Below, in pieces: positions 50,164 to 61,472 of a stretch of DNA of 64,000 nt (positions within the stretch are counted from its first letter, which is position 1; each line of letters starts with the position of its first letter). Source of the DNA: a virus. The DNA lies in the IMG/VR virus record IMGVR_UViG_3300026484_000295, positions 64,001 to 128,000 of that record, one strand, 5' to 3'. The translations under genes and the position numbers were made by a program. Below the pieces are notes generated by a model. The model did not search any database, was not told the DNA's origin, and saw nothing but the letters and a program-made list of their open reading frames with translations.

Positions 50164-50853
50164 TTATTTTTGTGAAAATGCATTAGATGTAGTAGCATTT
50201 GAATCATCTGTACCATCATCCACAGCAGTACCATAACTAAATGAAGGCATCCAAGTAGTAAAGTTAGCGTATCTAATACCTAAATTTACAGATGAAAGTC
50301 CTGCATCATCCGAATAGTCTAAAGTACCAAAATCACAAGTCATTACTACACACTTGTGATAATACCATGCCATTAATGCCGTTCCATCACCACTTAATTC
50401 TTCCGCAGTCATGTTGAAAAAATATGCTGCAGCAGATTTAGCATGATAATTAGTATCAAAGTTTGCTTGTTTTTGTAGTTGTGTTTGAGCTGCTCTTGAA
50501 ACTGCTCCGTCTAATGAGTCATCCAACTCAACTGTTGCTTGATCTTGAGTTTTTCTACCTGCAAAATAAACTTTTGAGTTTAACTTAGGTACTTCAATCT
50601 CAGCAAATGTAACATTAGGTTTTGTTATTGTTTTAACATGATGTCCTACAGCTCTAAATACTCCAAATTTAACTCTAAATCTGTGCATTAATTTTACTTC
50701 AACATCCTCTACGTTATGAGCTCCGTCACCACCAACATTAAATGCTGCCGATCCAAATTCATTTCCACCAGTAGCTTTAGAATCAGCAAATGCATCTGCT
50801 GCTGCCGCAGAAGTTCCTACTGCAGTTCCATTATCTCCATTATACCATGCCAT
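50164..50853 (-). CDS. Tail tube protein gp19-like
   Basis: RFRVKF...VKTITKP.V.F.EIEV...NSKVYFAGR; W....C.....DFG.LDYS; TATAAATA at 50896-50903. Confidence 0.85.
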   Translation of the reverse strand: MAWYNGDNGTAVGTSAAAADAFADSKATGGNEFGSAAFNVGGDGAHNVEDVEVKLMHRFRVKFGVFRAVGHHVKTITKPNVTFAEIEVPKLNSKVYFAGRKTQDQATVELDDSLDGAVSRAAQTQLQKQANFDTNYHAKSAAAYFFNMTAEELSGDGTALMAWYYHKCVVMTCDFGTLDYSDDAGLSSVNLGIRYANFTTWMPSFSYGTAVDDGTDDSNATTSNAFSQK

Positions 50854-50937
50854 AATTATATCTCCTTTATGAGTTATTTTTCTATTTCTTTTAATTATTT
50901 ATATCGAAATAATTTTTCTTTTAATTTAGAAATAAGT

Positions 50938-52416
50938 TTATTCTCCACCTTCAATCTGAGTTTGAATTTTTGACCATTTTTTAAGTTGTGTAATATTTTC
51001 TTGAACTTCTTCTTCTGACCAACCAAGTACTTTCTTTTGTAAATATGTAGGCGCAAATTGCTCCATAGGAAAGCCTGTAAATACCGATTGTCTTTGAATC
51101 ATTTTTTCTAATTCTTGATTTTCAGCAACATTTATTGACTCTCGCCATTTCATATTTAATTGATCTGATGAAATATTAATTCCCCGTTCTTTAAGAAACT
51201 CAATAAATAATGATTTAAAAGACCATAAAAATTGTTCCCTGATTTCTGTAAGCCATTTACCGAACCTTGCTTCTTCTGCTAAAGCACTCCCGACTTTACC
51301 ATCATTCCAAGTAGGTTGATTTTCTAAATTGAAATATGAACTTGGGACCCGCATACCAGCTATAAGTTTTTTGTAAAAATAATTAACATCAGCTATTTCA
51401 CCTAAATTTGAAGCACCCGGTAAAGTTTCAACTCTTGATCCTCTACCATCAGCTCTTTGGGCAAAGAAATAATCTTCCTGCATTGATAGTGGATTGAATG
51501 ATGATGCTATACCTAACTCTTTAGATTCCTGAGATGCTGCCGTTCTTCTTCTTTTAATTTCTTCTTTAGTTTGAGTTACAACTTTTTCAGCAATTTTTGC
51601 AGGTGCTTTACCAACATCAATATAAAAAACTCTTCTTTCTGGCGCTCTTACAATCCTATAAATAATCAATGAATCTTCCAATAATGAAACTTTTTTCCAA
51701 TATGGAAATATACTTTCTAAATAACTTTCACCAAAAGGGAAAAATTTAGAATTTTGTCCCTTATTCATAAATCTAACCATTGATGATGAAGGTATGATAT
51801 AAAATTCTTCTCCCTCTTTAACTGCTATACCTGCCGTCTTATCTTCTGATGCCTTTGATAGGTTTTGGTATTTTAAAAATTGTAAATAACTTCCCATTTG
51901 TGCAGAGTCAATTTTTGATTTAGCAATATAATAATTTAATGGTTCAATTCCAACTTCATCATATTCAATAAAATCAATATCCTTATTTTCTATTCTTCTT
52001 AAACCTGCAATTCTGTTTTCTTTATTTTTAACAACAAAATAAAATGAATCCCCATATTTTAGTGATTGTCTTACCGCAAACGGTAATATCTCTTTCAATT
52101 TTAAGGTATCTGTAAATTGACTTATAGCTTTAGATAATACATTTTCTGGGACTTTATCATCAGTATCAAATAGGAAAGGGGAATTAGCTATCGGTTCAAA
52201 CATAAATATTTCTGTTGATATTATATCCAACGCTAAATGAATTTCTGGGTAACGATCCATTTCTTCATAGGTTTCATATCGTTCTAAACGTTTTCCACTC
52301 TGCTCTACAAACTGTGTAAATGCTTCCATATATGACATCCACATAGGTGTTGGAGACTCCATTAATGATTCATCCTCATTCAAATAATGATTTAGTTGTT
52401 CATTTAATATTTCCAT
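50938..52416 (-). CDS. Portal vertex protein gp20-like
   Basis: LLEDSLIIYRIVRAPERRVFYIDVG, SMQEDYFF..R..GRG..VETLPG..NLGEI.DV.YF. Confidence 0.97.
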   Translation of the reverse strand: MEILNEQLNHYLNEDESLMESPTPMWMSYMEAFTQFVEQSGKRLERYETYEEMDRYPEIHLALDIISTEIFMFEPIANSPFLFDTDDKVPENVLSKAISQFTDTLKLKEILPFAVRQSLKYGDSFYFVVKNKENRIAGLRRIENKDIDFIEYDEVGIEPLNYYIAKSKIDSAQMGSYLQFLKYQNLSKASEDKTAGIAVKEGEEFYIIPSSSMVRFMNKGQNSKFFPFGESYLESIFPYWKKVSLLEDSLIIYRIVRAPERRVFYIDVGKAPAKIAEKVVTQTKEEIKRRRTAASQESKELGIASSFNPLSMQEDYFFAQRADGRGSRVETLPGASNLGEIADVNYFYKKLIAGMRVPSSYFNLENQPTWNDGKVGSALAEEARFGKWLTEIREQFLWSFKSLFIEFLKERGINISSDQLNMKWRESINVAENQELEKMIQRQSVFTGFPMEQFAPTYLQKKVLGWSEEEVQENITQLKKWSKIQTQIEGGE

Positions 52417-52482
52417 TTAATACCCTTTTATACTTAATTATTATTATTTATATATATTTTTTCCATAAATTATAAATATCTT

Positions 52483-55400
52483 TTATCTATATTGTGCTTT
52501 ACTTATATCTCTTTGACGTATATTATCACTAGAATCAACATCACGTTTATATGATTTTTGAGCAATCTTATTCTGTTTTGTAAATTCTTTTGATGTATTA
52601 TTAAGATGACCCAATTGTTGATTTTGAACCTGTAACATTTGCTCTAATAATTTTTCAACATTTAATAAGGTAGATGGTTCTGTTTTTTCATTATTTATTG
52701 TTGTTGAACTACTAGAATTATTATAGTCTTGTGTTGAAACATTATTCAATTTTGGACTTGTATTAATACCCGATGTACTAGTTCCAGATATAATACCGGA
52801 TGTTGGTTTTGATGCTTCAGATGAATTAGACATTACTAATTGGTCGAATATAGATACTAATGATTCAGGTATTACCTTCTCATTGGTATGAACAATTCCT
52901 GCTGCGCCTTTCATACCAGTTAGAGTTTCTAATATAGGATCTGGAGCCGATGGTGTTTTCCCTCCTTCTGCAAATCCAAAGAAATTACCAACAGATGATG
53001 CAACTGAAGAAATTGTATCTACAACCACACTAGATCCACCTCCACTAGATCCACCTCCACTAGATCCACCTCCACCTAGTAATCCACCTAGTGTACCACC
53101 AAGATTATCCATTATATTACCGAAATCAAATGATCCTAAGGCTCCAGTTAAGCTTTCCCCCATACTTCCAGTAATATTTTTAAAGGTTTCTGTTATGCTA
53201 CCATCACCATCAAATGCATCCATTACAGAATCTAATGGACCGCCTTCTGCAGTAAATGATGAAAATGTTTTAGATAGATTGCTTGTTAAAGCACCAGTTA
53301 CATTAGTTAAAGCATCACCAATACTAGTATCACCATTTAATACACCCGCAATATTTGTTGATACCAAATCTCCAGCACTACTTAAAGTCGTTGAAATGTC
53401 ACCAATCGTATTTGTTAAGGTTTTAGGTAAAATATTTGTTAATGAACTAGTTACATTAGTTAAAGCATCACCAATACTAGTATCACCATTTAATACACCC
53501 GCAATATTTGTATTTAAAGATGTTCCTACATCTTTAATACTTGAACCAACATTTTGTACTATATTTTGAACCGAGGTAGGTAATAACGACGTTACATTCT
53601 GTGCTAAATTTTGTAATGATTGAGATGCAGTCCCACCAATATTTGTTAATGCTTCAGTTATTGTACTCTTTCCATTAAAAACATTAGTTATTCCATCCAT
53701 AACACTTTTTCCAATATCAACTTGCCCACCAAAAAATGATGTAGCCGTCGCACCTAAACCTGTGGCTAGAATACCTAATTTATCTTTAAGTATATTTTTA
53801 ACATCATCAAGAGTATTAACCATAGTATTTGCTTGTTTATCATCAATACCTTCTTTTGTTGTCTTTTTAACTTGTTCATCTGCTATTTGTTTTTGTTTTG
53901 ATATAATCTCTTTTTGATTATTACGTTCTTTTATTTCTGTTAATTTATTACTATTTTCAGGTTTATTACTTGGTATTATTTTATCATAAGCATTACTAAC
54001 CGCACCTTTAACAGAATCAACTGGAGCACTAATAAATCCTTTGATACTATCTGTAATTTTACTAAATACATTAGTCTCTGTTTTTTTAGATTCTTTTTTA
54101 GATAATGTTTTATTATTTGAAGTTGAAAAATCTAATAATTTATAAAATGAATCAACTGTGTTTGCAGGTATAACAAATTCACCAGGACCATGGACTCCTG
54201 CAATACCATTAGGTTCTGCTGAACCGGTTGGATCTATTAATTGTGTTAATGCTTTGTTTACTGTATCACCAGTATACCCACCTTTAGCTTTAGCTTCTAC
54301 TTTTATGGTTTTTGCATCAGCCCCATTTTCAAGAGCTTTAATAAGTCTATCTAATTCATCCTCATACTTACCTTCTAACCCAGATTCAGATTTCATAGCT
54401 TTTAATTCTTTTAATCCAATTTCACCAGAATTTAATCCTTCTTGAACTTTAGTTGTGTTTAAAGTGTTGTAGCCATAATCATCAACCCAATAACCTTTCT
54501 CTTCAAGATCAGCAGATGATTTTTCTTCTTCTGAATCTGGACCCATACCAGGAATCATACTAAGAAGCCAATTTATAGCATTACCTATTGGTTTAGCAAC
54601 AACATCATACAATCCATCAAATATTTTTTTACCTGCATCTACAATACCATTAAACATATTTTTAAACATTTCTAAGAGACTCATATCTGGATCATTAAAA
54701 TAATCTACCACAGCCTGAAAAGGAGCAGTTACCAAATCGATAAATCCACCGAAAATATTTTTAACTCCATCTACAATTCCTTGGAATGTAGACATAATAT
54801 CAGTACCAAATATACCATCAACATAATCAATTATAAATTTAAATGGAGCAGTTACTAAATCAGTAAATCCATTAAATAATGATATTACACCGTTTTTTAC
54901 ACCATTAAATATCTGTTTTACGGCATCTATAAATGATAAGTCACTAGAAATCCATGCAGAAATAGCTAAAAATGGCGCTTTAACTATGTCAATAAATCCT
55001 CCTAAAATATTTGAAACAGCATTTACAATATTATTAAAATAACCTTTTATAGCATTTACAAATGAATTGAATACATTTGTAAAATTAGTACCAAAATATT
55101 CATCAACTAACCCAAAAATCCAATCAAATGGTTTTCGTACTAGATCAACAATACCATTTAAAGCGCCAGATATAGCATTTTTAACATTAGTAAAAATATC
55201 CTTTACCATAGTATCAAATGATATTTCACCTTTGAAAAATGACGTTATTGATTTAAAAGGTGCAGTTATAAGTTCATAAAATGTACCAAAGATATTTTTA
55301 ATTGCTGTAAATGAATTTCTGAAAGTTCCAAGCATATCTGTTCCAAAAATACTATCAACAAAACCCAAAACAGCTTTTAATGGAATTGTTATTATATCTA

Positions 55401-58400
55401 AAAAACCATCGAAAATTGTTTTTATACCCTCACCAATTTTACTAAAATTACCCGTAAATATACCAGTAATAATTTGGAAGAAACCATTAATATATTTAAA
55501 TATACCTTTAAAAACATCTCCAACCACACTTAATAAAGGCTGTATTCTATCAAATATCCATCCTATTACTTCACCAACTTTAGAAAAGAATGATCCTAAT
55601 GCACTACCCAACTCGTTAAATGCAGCAGTAATCCCCATTTCATCCATTTTTTTACCTAACCATGAAAAAGCTTCAGCTACTTTGTGAGCCACATGTTGCC
55701 CATCTAACATACCAAATGTTAATGCTTCAAGTGCTCCACCAACAGCTGAAGCTGATTTTTGAGTTAAAGAAGCTCTAGCTTCTAGTTTATTACCATATTC
55801 ATCTTCCCATTGACCATTAACAAAAACCGCTTTTCCCGTTTTTGATAATGATTCAGCGTATTTTTTTCCTTCTTCAGTATTTTTCGTTAATAATTCTTTT
55901 TGTGGTTCTAAATCTTTTCCAAACCATTCGGCTGCTTTACCCCAACCTTCCATTCCACCTTGGAGTGCTTTCATTGCGGCTCCAGCAAGAAAAGCAGGAC
56001 CCATCATACCTTTTAAACCGCCACCTATGGTTTTTAAACCACCACCAAGTTTAGTTTTAAAGTTTTTCCAGTTTTTACCTGCTTTTTGCCAAAAGTTACT
56101 ATTATCTTCCATTCCAGGAGGAAGTGCAGGTCCAGCACCCTGACTTCCTGTTTTAAATGACAATTTGATATTTTTAAAGGTATTTCCAATACTTGAACCC
56201 ACATTTGAAAAAACATCTTTTATTTTTCCAATTCCCGAAGATAAAGATTCTTTAAATCCTCCAAAAATATTTGATAATCCGGACACTGCACCTTTTGCAG
56301 ATTTACCAATAAAACCTATTATTTTTAATGAAGATTTACCAATGTTGGTTGCTAAATTTTTCATTGTATTTGGAAAATTCATTAAACCTTTTGTGAATTT
56401 ACCTATACCAATTGCTATACCTTTCGTAACATTCCAACCTGCAGTACCTATTAAATTAGTAGTTTTCATTATACCGGAACCAAGTTTCGATATAGTACCA
56501 CCGATTAAATCAAATGCTCCAGAGCTTTTTAATAGTTTTGCTAAAAATAATCCTCCCATAACCATTGCAATAGTATTAATATTTTCAGTTAAAAACGCTA
56601 AAGCTTTATTTAAATACGGAAGTACATCATTAACCAATTCCATAGTTTTATTTTGAAATGCATATAATGCTGAGGTCGCTTTTTGTTCTATAGTATCTTT
56701 AGTATTTTCAACCCCTGTACTATTAGCCTTTATTTGTTTTTGTAAATATTTAGGATCTTCGATCGTTTTTTTAACATCATCACCCGTTAAGGCACTACCA
56801 TCTTTTTTTGTTAAACCTGCCATAGTTAATTTTTTACCATCTTTAGCTAATTTAATTTGTTCTTTTATTAAATCAGCATTAGAAATTTTAAAAGCATCTT
56901 TTTGGTATTCTGCATATTTTTTAGGGTCATTCTTTTTTAACTCAGCAAGTTGAGTTTCACTCATTTTGGAAATAATCATCATTTGTTTTTTTGTTTCTTC
57001 GGCATTTTGATCATTCGATATAAGTTGATTTAACATCTTATCATAACTTTCTTTATCAGTAGCACCCATTGAAACTAAAAGTTTATCTAAATCAGCAGTT
57101 GATTTTTCTCCTTTTGAACGAGCTATAAATTCTCTAGTCCCTTCTTTTTGTGCAGCAACGGTAGCTGCAACACCTTGCTGATTTATTTTATTTGCTACTT
57201 CAGAATCTTTAGCCCAATCTTTATTTTGTTGTAGCATTTGAAGTTTTGCTTTCTCGCTTGCTGTTGCAGTACCATCATTAACTTTTTTAGCTAGGTCAGA
57301 ATACATAACCTGTTGTGCTTGAACATTAACTTGTTGCATTTGTAAAAATAATTTCTTATCTTTTTCACTTAATCCGTCAAATCCTACAAGAGATGCTTTA
57401 GCTGCTAAATCATTTGCTTCTTTTTGATTCATACCGATAGCGTCTAATCCCTGTTTTAAGAAATCAGCTCCTTTTCCACCCATCTGATTCATCATATTCA
57501 TATCTTTAATAGAATCAGCTATAGCTTCTGGGTCTGCAGCAATATTAGACACCTTCTCTAAAGTAGCTTTTATATATTCTTCTGAAAATCCAGCTTGTTT
57601 CATACCAGAGGCCATTCCACCCATAGTTTTTTCAATTTCTTTAGCAATATCAGCATTCATACCTTTTGTTATCAGTTTTGAATTTTCATGAATAGCTTTA
57701 ATTTGTTCAAGAGCATATTTATTACTAACCCCCATAGTTTTCGCAAGTGCTGAAGTTTGTGCAGCTAAATCATCCATCATTCCTGCTGGTGATTGTCCTT
57801 CTAAGACAGTTTTTAGTGAATTAAGTGCTTCCATTTGATTTTCAGCATACTCTTTACCCATAGTACGTTCAGACAATCTTTGTTTTACGGCTACCTTCTC
57901 CATTTCAACACGATTATTATTTAACGAAACATTAAATGTAGTTTGTAAATTATCAGATAGAGCTTTTAATCCAGCCGGATCTATCAAAGAATTAATGTGC
58001 ATATTTTGAAGATCTGAAATCATATTACCACTAGTATCACCCATTGATCTTGATATATCTAATTGATTATGATACATACCTATCGCTTTAGTAGCCATAG
58101 CCATTGCGGCTCCTAATGCTGCTACTGGTGCACCAACACTACTAATCATTCTTATAAAATCATTACCTACGTTTCTAACTTCACCAAATGATTTCATACC
58201 ATCACCAACATTATCAAATGCGGATGATAAGTGTCCTGCTGCATCACTCACTTTATCTAATTGATTAGAAAATCCTTGTGTACCTTGAGAAAGAATATCA
58301 AATTTAGATTTTGATTTTTGTACGGCTTCATCTAATTTTTTTTGAGATTTTGATTCATTTTTAATATTTTGATTGTCTACTTTTTTTTTGGTTTTACCTT

Positions 58401-59148
58401 TTATTGCAGGACCCAAATCATTTATAACTTTAGCATTTTCTTCTTGTAATTTTATAACTGTTGATAATGAATCTTGAGTAGATTTTAAATTCTCCGAAGC
58501 TTTTATAATTTCGGACTTGTCAGCACCATCATTAACTAGACGTTCAATTAGTTTTGTTTGACGTTCAGTTTCTATTTCTAATCGATTTTGTTCAGATATT
58601 AGATCATCACTTAAAGTATCTATACTATCTATAAAAGAAGAAGTATCACCATTAAAAGTGATATTACTACCATCTACATTATAAATATTTTCAATATTTT
58701 CTTTCAAACCATCATCAATCAAACTATCAAGTGTAAACGAATTATCACCCAATGAAATATTATTTGTATTTTCTGATTTCTCTTTAGATTTACCCAAATT
58801 TGCAACATATGAACCCAACATTTCTTTTGCTTCATTACTATTTGAATTCTTACGTTCTTCAGCAATCTCTTTAATAAATGCAGCAAACTTTTCATCATCT
58901 TGATCATTAGTAAAATCATGAGTAACTGAATTTAATTCTTTTTTTAATTCATCTGCAAAATTTTCTTCTAATTGATTTAGCCTGTTAATAATCTCAGTTG
59001 GATTAATATCATCATTAAGAAAATCATCTCGTAAATTTATTTTTTCACTTGATTGACCAGATAATTTTTCAACAAGTGTATAGAGCTTTGACATTTTCTC
59101 CGATGCATTTTTATAATCAATTATTTGACTACCTTTATTAAATTCCAT
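52483..59148 (-). CDS. Tape measure protein
   Basis: 2221 aa; helical Ala/Gly/Lys-rich; amphipathic F/W-periodic repeats; A.GG...G.VH..E.VIP motifs. Confidence 0.8.
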   Translation of the reverse strand: MEFNKGSQIIDYKNASEKMSKLYTLVEKLSGQSSEKINLRDDFLNDDINPTEIINRLNQLEENFADELKKELNSVTHDFTNDQDDEKFAAFIKEIAEERKNSNSNEAKEMLGSYVANLGKSKEKSENTNNISLGDNSFTLDSLIDDGLKENIENIYNVDGSNITFNGDTSSFIDSIDTLSDDLISEQNRLEIETERQTKLIERLVNDGADKSEIIKASENLKSTQDSLSTVIKLQEENAKVINDLGPAIKGKTKKKVDNQNIKNESKSQKKLDEAVQKSKSKFDILSQGTQGFSNQLDKVSDAAGHLSSAFDNVGDGMKSFGEVRNVGNDFIRMISSVGAPVAALGAAMAMATKAIGMYHNQLDISRSMGDTSGNMISDLQNMHINSLIDPAGLKALSDNLQTTFNVSLNNNRVEMEKVAVKQRLSERTMGKEYAENQMEALNSLKTVLEGQSPAGMMDDLAAQTSALAKTMGVSNKYALEQIKAIHENSKLITKGMNADIAKEIEKTMGGMASGMKQAGFSEEYIKATLEKVSNIAADPEAIADSIKDMNMMNQMGGKGADFLKQGLDAIGMNQKEANDLAAKASLVGFDGLSEKDKKLFLQMQQVNVQAQQVMYSDLAKKVNDGTATASEKAKLQMLQQNKDWAKDSEVANKINQQGVAATVAAQKEGTREFIARSKGEKSTADLDKLLVSMGATDKESYDKMLNQLISNDQNAEETKKQMMIISKMSETQLAELKKNDPKKYAEYQKDAFKISNADLIKEQIKLAKDGKKLTMAGLTKKDGSALTGDDVKKTIEDPKYLQKQIKANSTGVENTKDTIEQKATSALYAFQNKTMELVNDVLPYLNKALAFLTENINTIAMVMGGLFLAKLLKSSGAFDLIGGTISKLGSGIMKTTNLIGTAGWNVTKGIAIGIGKFTKGLMNFPNTMKNLATNIGKSSLKIIGFIGKSAKGAVSGLSNIFGGFKESLSSGIGKIKDVFSNVGSSIGNTFKNIKLSFKTGSQGAGPALPPGMEDNSNFWQKAGKNWKNFKTKLGGGLKTIGGGLKGMMGPAFLAGAAMKALQGGMEGWGKAAEWFGKDLEPQKELLTKNTEEGKKYAESLSKTGKAVFVNGQWEDEYGNKLEARASLTQKSASAVGGALEALTFGMLDGQHVAHKVAEAFSWLGKKMDEMGITAAFNELGSALGSFFSKVGEVIGWIFDRIQPLLSVVGDVFKGIFKYINGFFQIITGIFTGNFSKIGEGIKTIFDGFLDIITIPLKAVLGFVDSIFGTDMLGTFRNSFTAIKNIFGTFYELITAPFKSITSFFKGEISFDTMVKDIFTNVKNAISGALNGIVDLVRKPFDWIFGLVDEYFGTNFTNVFNSFVNAIKGYFNNIVNAVSNILGGFIDIVKAPFLAISAWISSDLSFIDAVKQIFNGVKNGVISLFNGFTDLVTAPFKFIIDYVDGIFGTDIMSTFQGIVDGVKNIFGGFIDLVTAPFQAVVDYFNDPDMSLLEMFKNMFNGIVDAGKKIFDGLYDVVAKPIGNAINWLLSMIPGMGPDSEEEKSSADLEEKGYWVDDYGYNTLNTTKVQEGLNSGEIGLKELKAMKSESGLEGKYEDELDRLIKALENGADAKTIKVEAKAKGGYTGDTVNKALTQLIDPTGSAEPNGIAGVHGPGEFVIPANTVDSFYKLLDFSTSNNKTLSKKESKKTETNVFSKITDSIKGFISAPVDSVKGAVSNAYDKIIPSNKPENSNKLTEIKERNNQKEIISKQKQIADEQVKKTTKEGIDDKQANTMVNTLDDVKNILKDKLGILATGLGATATSFFGGQVDIGKSVMDGITNVFNGKSTITEALTNIGGTASQSLQNLAQNVTSLLPTSVQNIVQNVGSSIKDVGTSLNTNIAGVLNGDTSIGDALTNVTSSLTNILPKTLTNTIGDISTTLSSAGDLVSTNIAGVLNGDTSIGDALTNVTGALTSNLSKTFSSFTAEGGPLDSVMDAFDGDGSITETFKNITGSMGESLTGALGSFDFGNIMDNLGGTLGGLLGGGGSSGGGSSGGGSSVVVDTISSVASSVGNFFGFAEGGKTPSAPDPILETLTGMKGAAGIVHTNEKVIPESLVSIFDQLVMSNSSEASKPTSGIISGTSTSGINTSPKLNNVSTQDYNNSSSSTTINNEKTEPSTLLNVEKLLEQMLQVQNQQLGHLNNTSKEFTKQNKIAQKSYKRDVDSSDNIRQRDISKAQYR
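53296..53511. repeat. 63-bp perfect direct repeat (53296-53358 and 53449-53511) in the tape measure gene
   Basis: Encodes TNIAGVLNGDTSIGDALTNVT twice. Confidence 0.9.
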
Positions 59149-59149
59149 A

Positions 59150-59632
59150 TTATTTTAATAACTCCATTCTTAATGATTCTATGGATTCACTTATAATATC
59201 ATCATCTAAATCTCGTAATGATGGATTATTTCTTAAAAGTCTTACAATATTAGCTTTATTCCATAATTTATTATTTCTTCTATTCATTCGCATATTTCTT
59301 TTTTCTGAAAAAATATCAAATGGTATATCAATATAATTTAAAGTATCTTTATAAAAACGTACAAAAGTAAAATCAATATTACAACCTTTTGTAGCTTTCT
59401 TTTCTGCTTCATCAAGAATCTTTTTAATTTTTGAAATATTTCGCATAAAAACATATTTAAAAAATGATCGATATGAAGTATGACCTTTGTAATAATATAT
59501 TGACATCAGTTCATATTCAATTTTGTTCAGTTTCGATTTCACTAAACATGTTTTAATTTCTTTACCATATGAATCATCAGTTACATTATTACGTTTTTTT
59601 AATAGTGATGATAAACTTCCGAATAAACTCAT
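59150..59632 (-). CDS. Hypothetical basic protein
   Basis: 160-aa ORF abutting the tape measure gene. Confidence 0.6.
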   Translation of the reverse strand: MSLFGSLSSLLKKRNNVTDDSYGKEIKTCLVKSKLNKIEYELMSIYYYKGHTSYRSFFKYVFMRNISKIKKILDEAEKKATKGCNIDFTFVRFYKDTLNYIDIPFDIFSEKRNMRMNRRNNKLWNKANIVRLLRNNPSLRDLDDDIISESIESLRMELLK

Positions 59633-59690
59633 ATAAAATCCTTTTATTTAATATAACTATTTATTCATTTTTTTTATTTTTTTCTTTAAA

Positions 59691-60365
59691 TTAAGTATTT
59701 TGTAATCTAATATTACGTTTATCAATTTCTAAATAACTCAACCATCGCTTATAAGAAACTTCTTCAATAACTTTTATTTCTTCAGCTTTATAATTTCTAT
59801 ATGCTAATGAAAGTTCTGGAATGATTTTTCTAACCATTTCGATTGTTAAAATTGGCATTTTTCCACTTTTTATTCGTGGTCCATTAATTTTTAAAATTTG
59901 TTTAACAAAGAATTCACGAAATACCGGTATTAAATAATGTAAGTTAATAGCATTAAAATTTTGAAACTTACTATCATAGGAATTTAGAAAAATTACTAAT
60001 GGGAATGGATCATGTTGATAATTTTTATATTTTATCTGATACATTTGTCCTAATTTTATTCCTCGTACAATTTTAATATGATTAGTTTTCCAAACGGCAC
60101 TATCTTTATAATCAGTAACTAGATCTAATATCGAATCTAATAATAATTTTGTATTATTTTTATATTTTCTTTTTAGTATTTCGTATTCTTTTAAGTCATA
60201 TTTTGTTTTATATGAAAAATAGTTCATAAATTGATCTCTAATATCTGGAGTCATATTTTTTAAAAATTTATAATGTAATGGAAGAGTTTTATCGGTAGTG
60301 GATAATAATTTATCAAATAATTTTTTAAGTTTTCTATCAATTTTGGGTTTAATTCTAATTATCAT
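59691..60365 (-). CDS. DNA end protector gp2-like
   Basis: GQMY...Y....D.FPLV.......F.AINLHYL...R motif. Confidence 0.8.
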   Translation of the reverse strand: MIIRIKPKIDRKLKKLFDKLLSTTDKTLPLHYKFLKNMTPDIRDQFMNYFSYKTKYDLKEYEILKRKYKNNTKLLLDSILDLVTDYKDSAVWKTNHIKIVRGIKLGQMYQIKYKNYQHDPFPLVIFLNSYDSKFQNFNAINLHYLIPVFREFFVKQILKINGPRIKSGKMPILTIEMVRKIIPELSLAYRNYKAEEIKVIEEVSYKRWLSYLEIDKRNIRLQNT

Positions 60366-60407
60366 AAATTCACCTTTTAATTTTATTTATGATAATTAGA
60401 ATTAAAA

Positions 60408-60434
60408 TTTAATAGGGTATTCAAACCCTATTAA
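60408..60434 (-). terminator. Hairpin terminator
   Basis: TTTAATAGGGT...ACCCTATTAAA just after the stop of 60441-61472. Confidence 0.65.
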
Positions 60435-60440
60435 AAATAA

Positions 60441-61472
60441 TTATTTAAGTATTTTACTACTAGCCTTCATATGTTTACCTTTGTTTCTCATATGTTTAAG
60501 AATACCAGGTATCAAAACAAATTGTAAATATTCATCTGAATATGCTTTACCCGTAGCTTGTTTATGAGCTTTTGCTGCTTTCTTAACATGTTTTCTTAAT
60601 TTACCAGTTAATTTATCCATTGATAAATCTTTGATATCTTCCCCACCATGTAATTTTGGATTTTTCATATAATATTTTTTTGCATCTTTAGCTTTTTTCT
60701 GCGCACATTGAACATCACCAGGCTTACATCTAGTAAGTTTTTTCTCAATTAAAACTGTTGCACCTTTAGCTTTTCTTAATAAATTAGCTCCATCTTCATC
60801 TTCTGCTTCTGCTAATATTTCTTCATTAACTTGTGCCATTTCTTCTAATAAATCTTCTGTATCTTCATAATCATCTAAAAATTCCATTAATGATTCACCC
60901 TCATAATCTTCAGAATCAAAGTCAATTACACCTTCATTTATAGCTTTTTCTAATTTATTAGAAATTTCTTCTACTGTTTCTACTAAATCCATAGTTTCAA
61001 CAGAATCATCAAGATCTAAATCTTTTGCAGCTTCTACAATATCAAATACCATTTCAGCTGGTAATGATTCAACTGTTTCTTCTCCTAACATCTCTGTTAA
61101 TTTATTTGTTACGATTGATAAAAGTGTTACTGATGCTGTTTCATCTTCTTCTAAAAATTCTATATCAATATTTTCAATATTATCTAGTGCTTCTTCAATT
61201 ATTAATTCTGGCTTAGAAGCATTTTTTCTAGCAGATTCTAAAATAATATTTAAAATTTTTGAACCATCAACTGTTTCAGCTATAATTTTAGCATTTTCAT
61301 CTGTTTGTGTTTCTACAAATTCAACCAAGTAATCTAAATGATGTACTATATCAAATTCAATATCAGTCCCTTCTTCTAGAATTGTTTCAATAAGATCTAA
61401 CTTGGATTCTGATAATGTTCCTAATTTTGACTCAATGTCTTCAACGATTTCAACGATTTCAACAAACTTCAT
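60441..61472 (-). CDS. Putative prohead core/internal head protein
   Basis: Very acidic N-terminal two-thirds rich in (I/L)xE sites, basic C-terminus; TATAAATA at 61506-61513. Confidence 0.5.
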   Translation of the reverse strand: MKFVEIVEIVEDIESKLGTLSESKLDLIETILEEGTDIEFDIVHHLDYLVEFVETQTDENAKIIAETVDGSKILNIILESARKNASKPELIIEEALDNIENIDIEFLEEDETASVTLLSIVTNKLTEMLGEETVESLPAEMVFDIVEAAKDLDLDDSVETMDLVETVEEISNKLEKAINEGVIDFDSEDYEGESLMEFLDDYEDTEDLLEEMAQVNEEILAEAEDEDGANLLRKAKGATVLIEKKLTRCKPGDVQCAQKKAKDAKKYYMKNPKLHGGEDIKDLSMDKLTGKLRKHVKKAAKAHKQATGKAYSDEYLQFVLIPGILKHMRNKGKHMKASSKILK

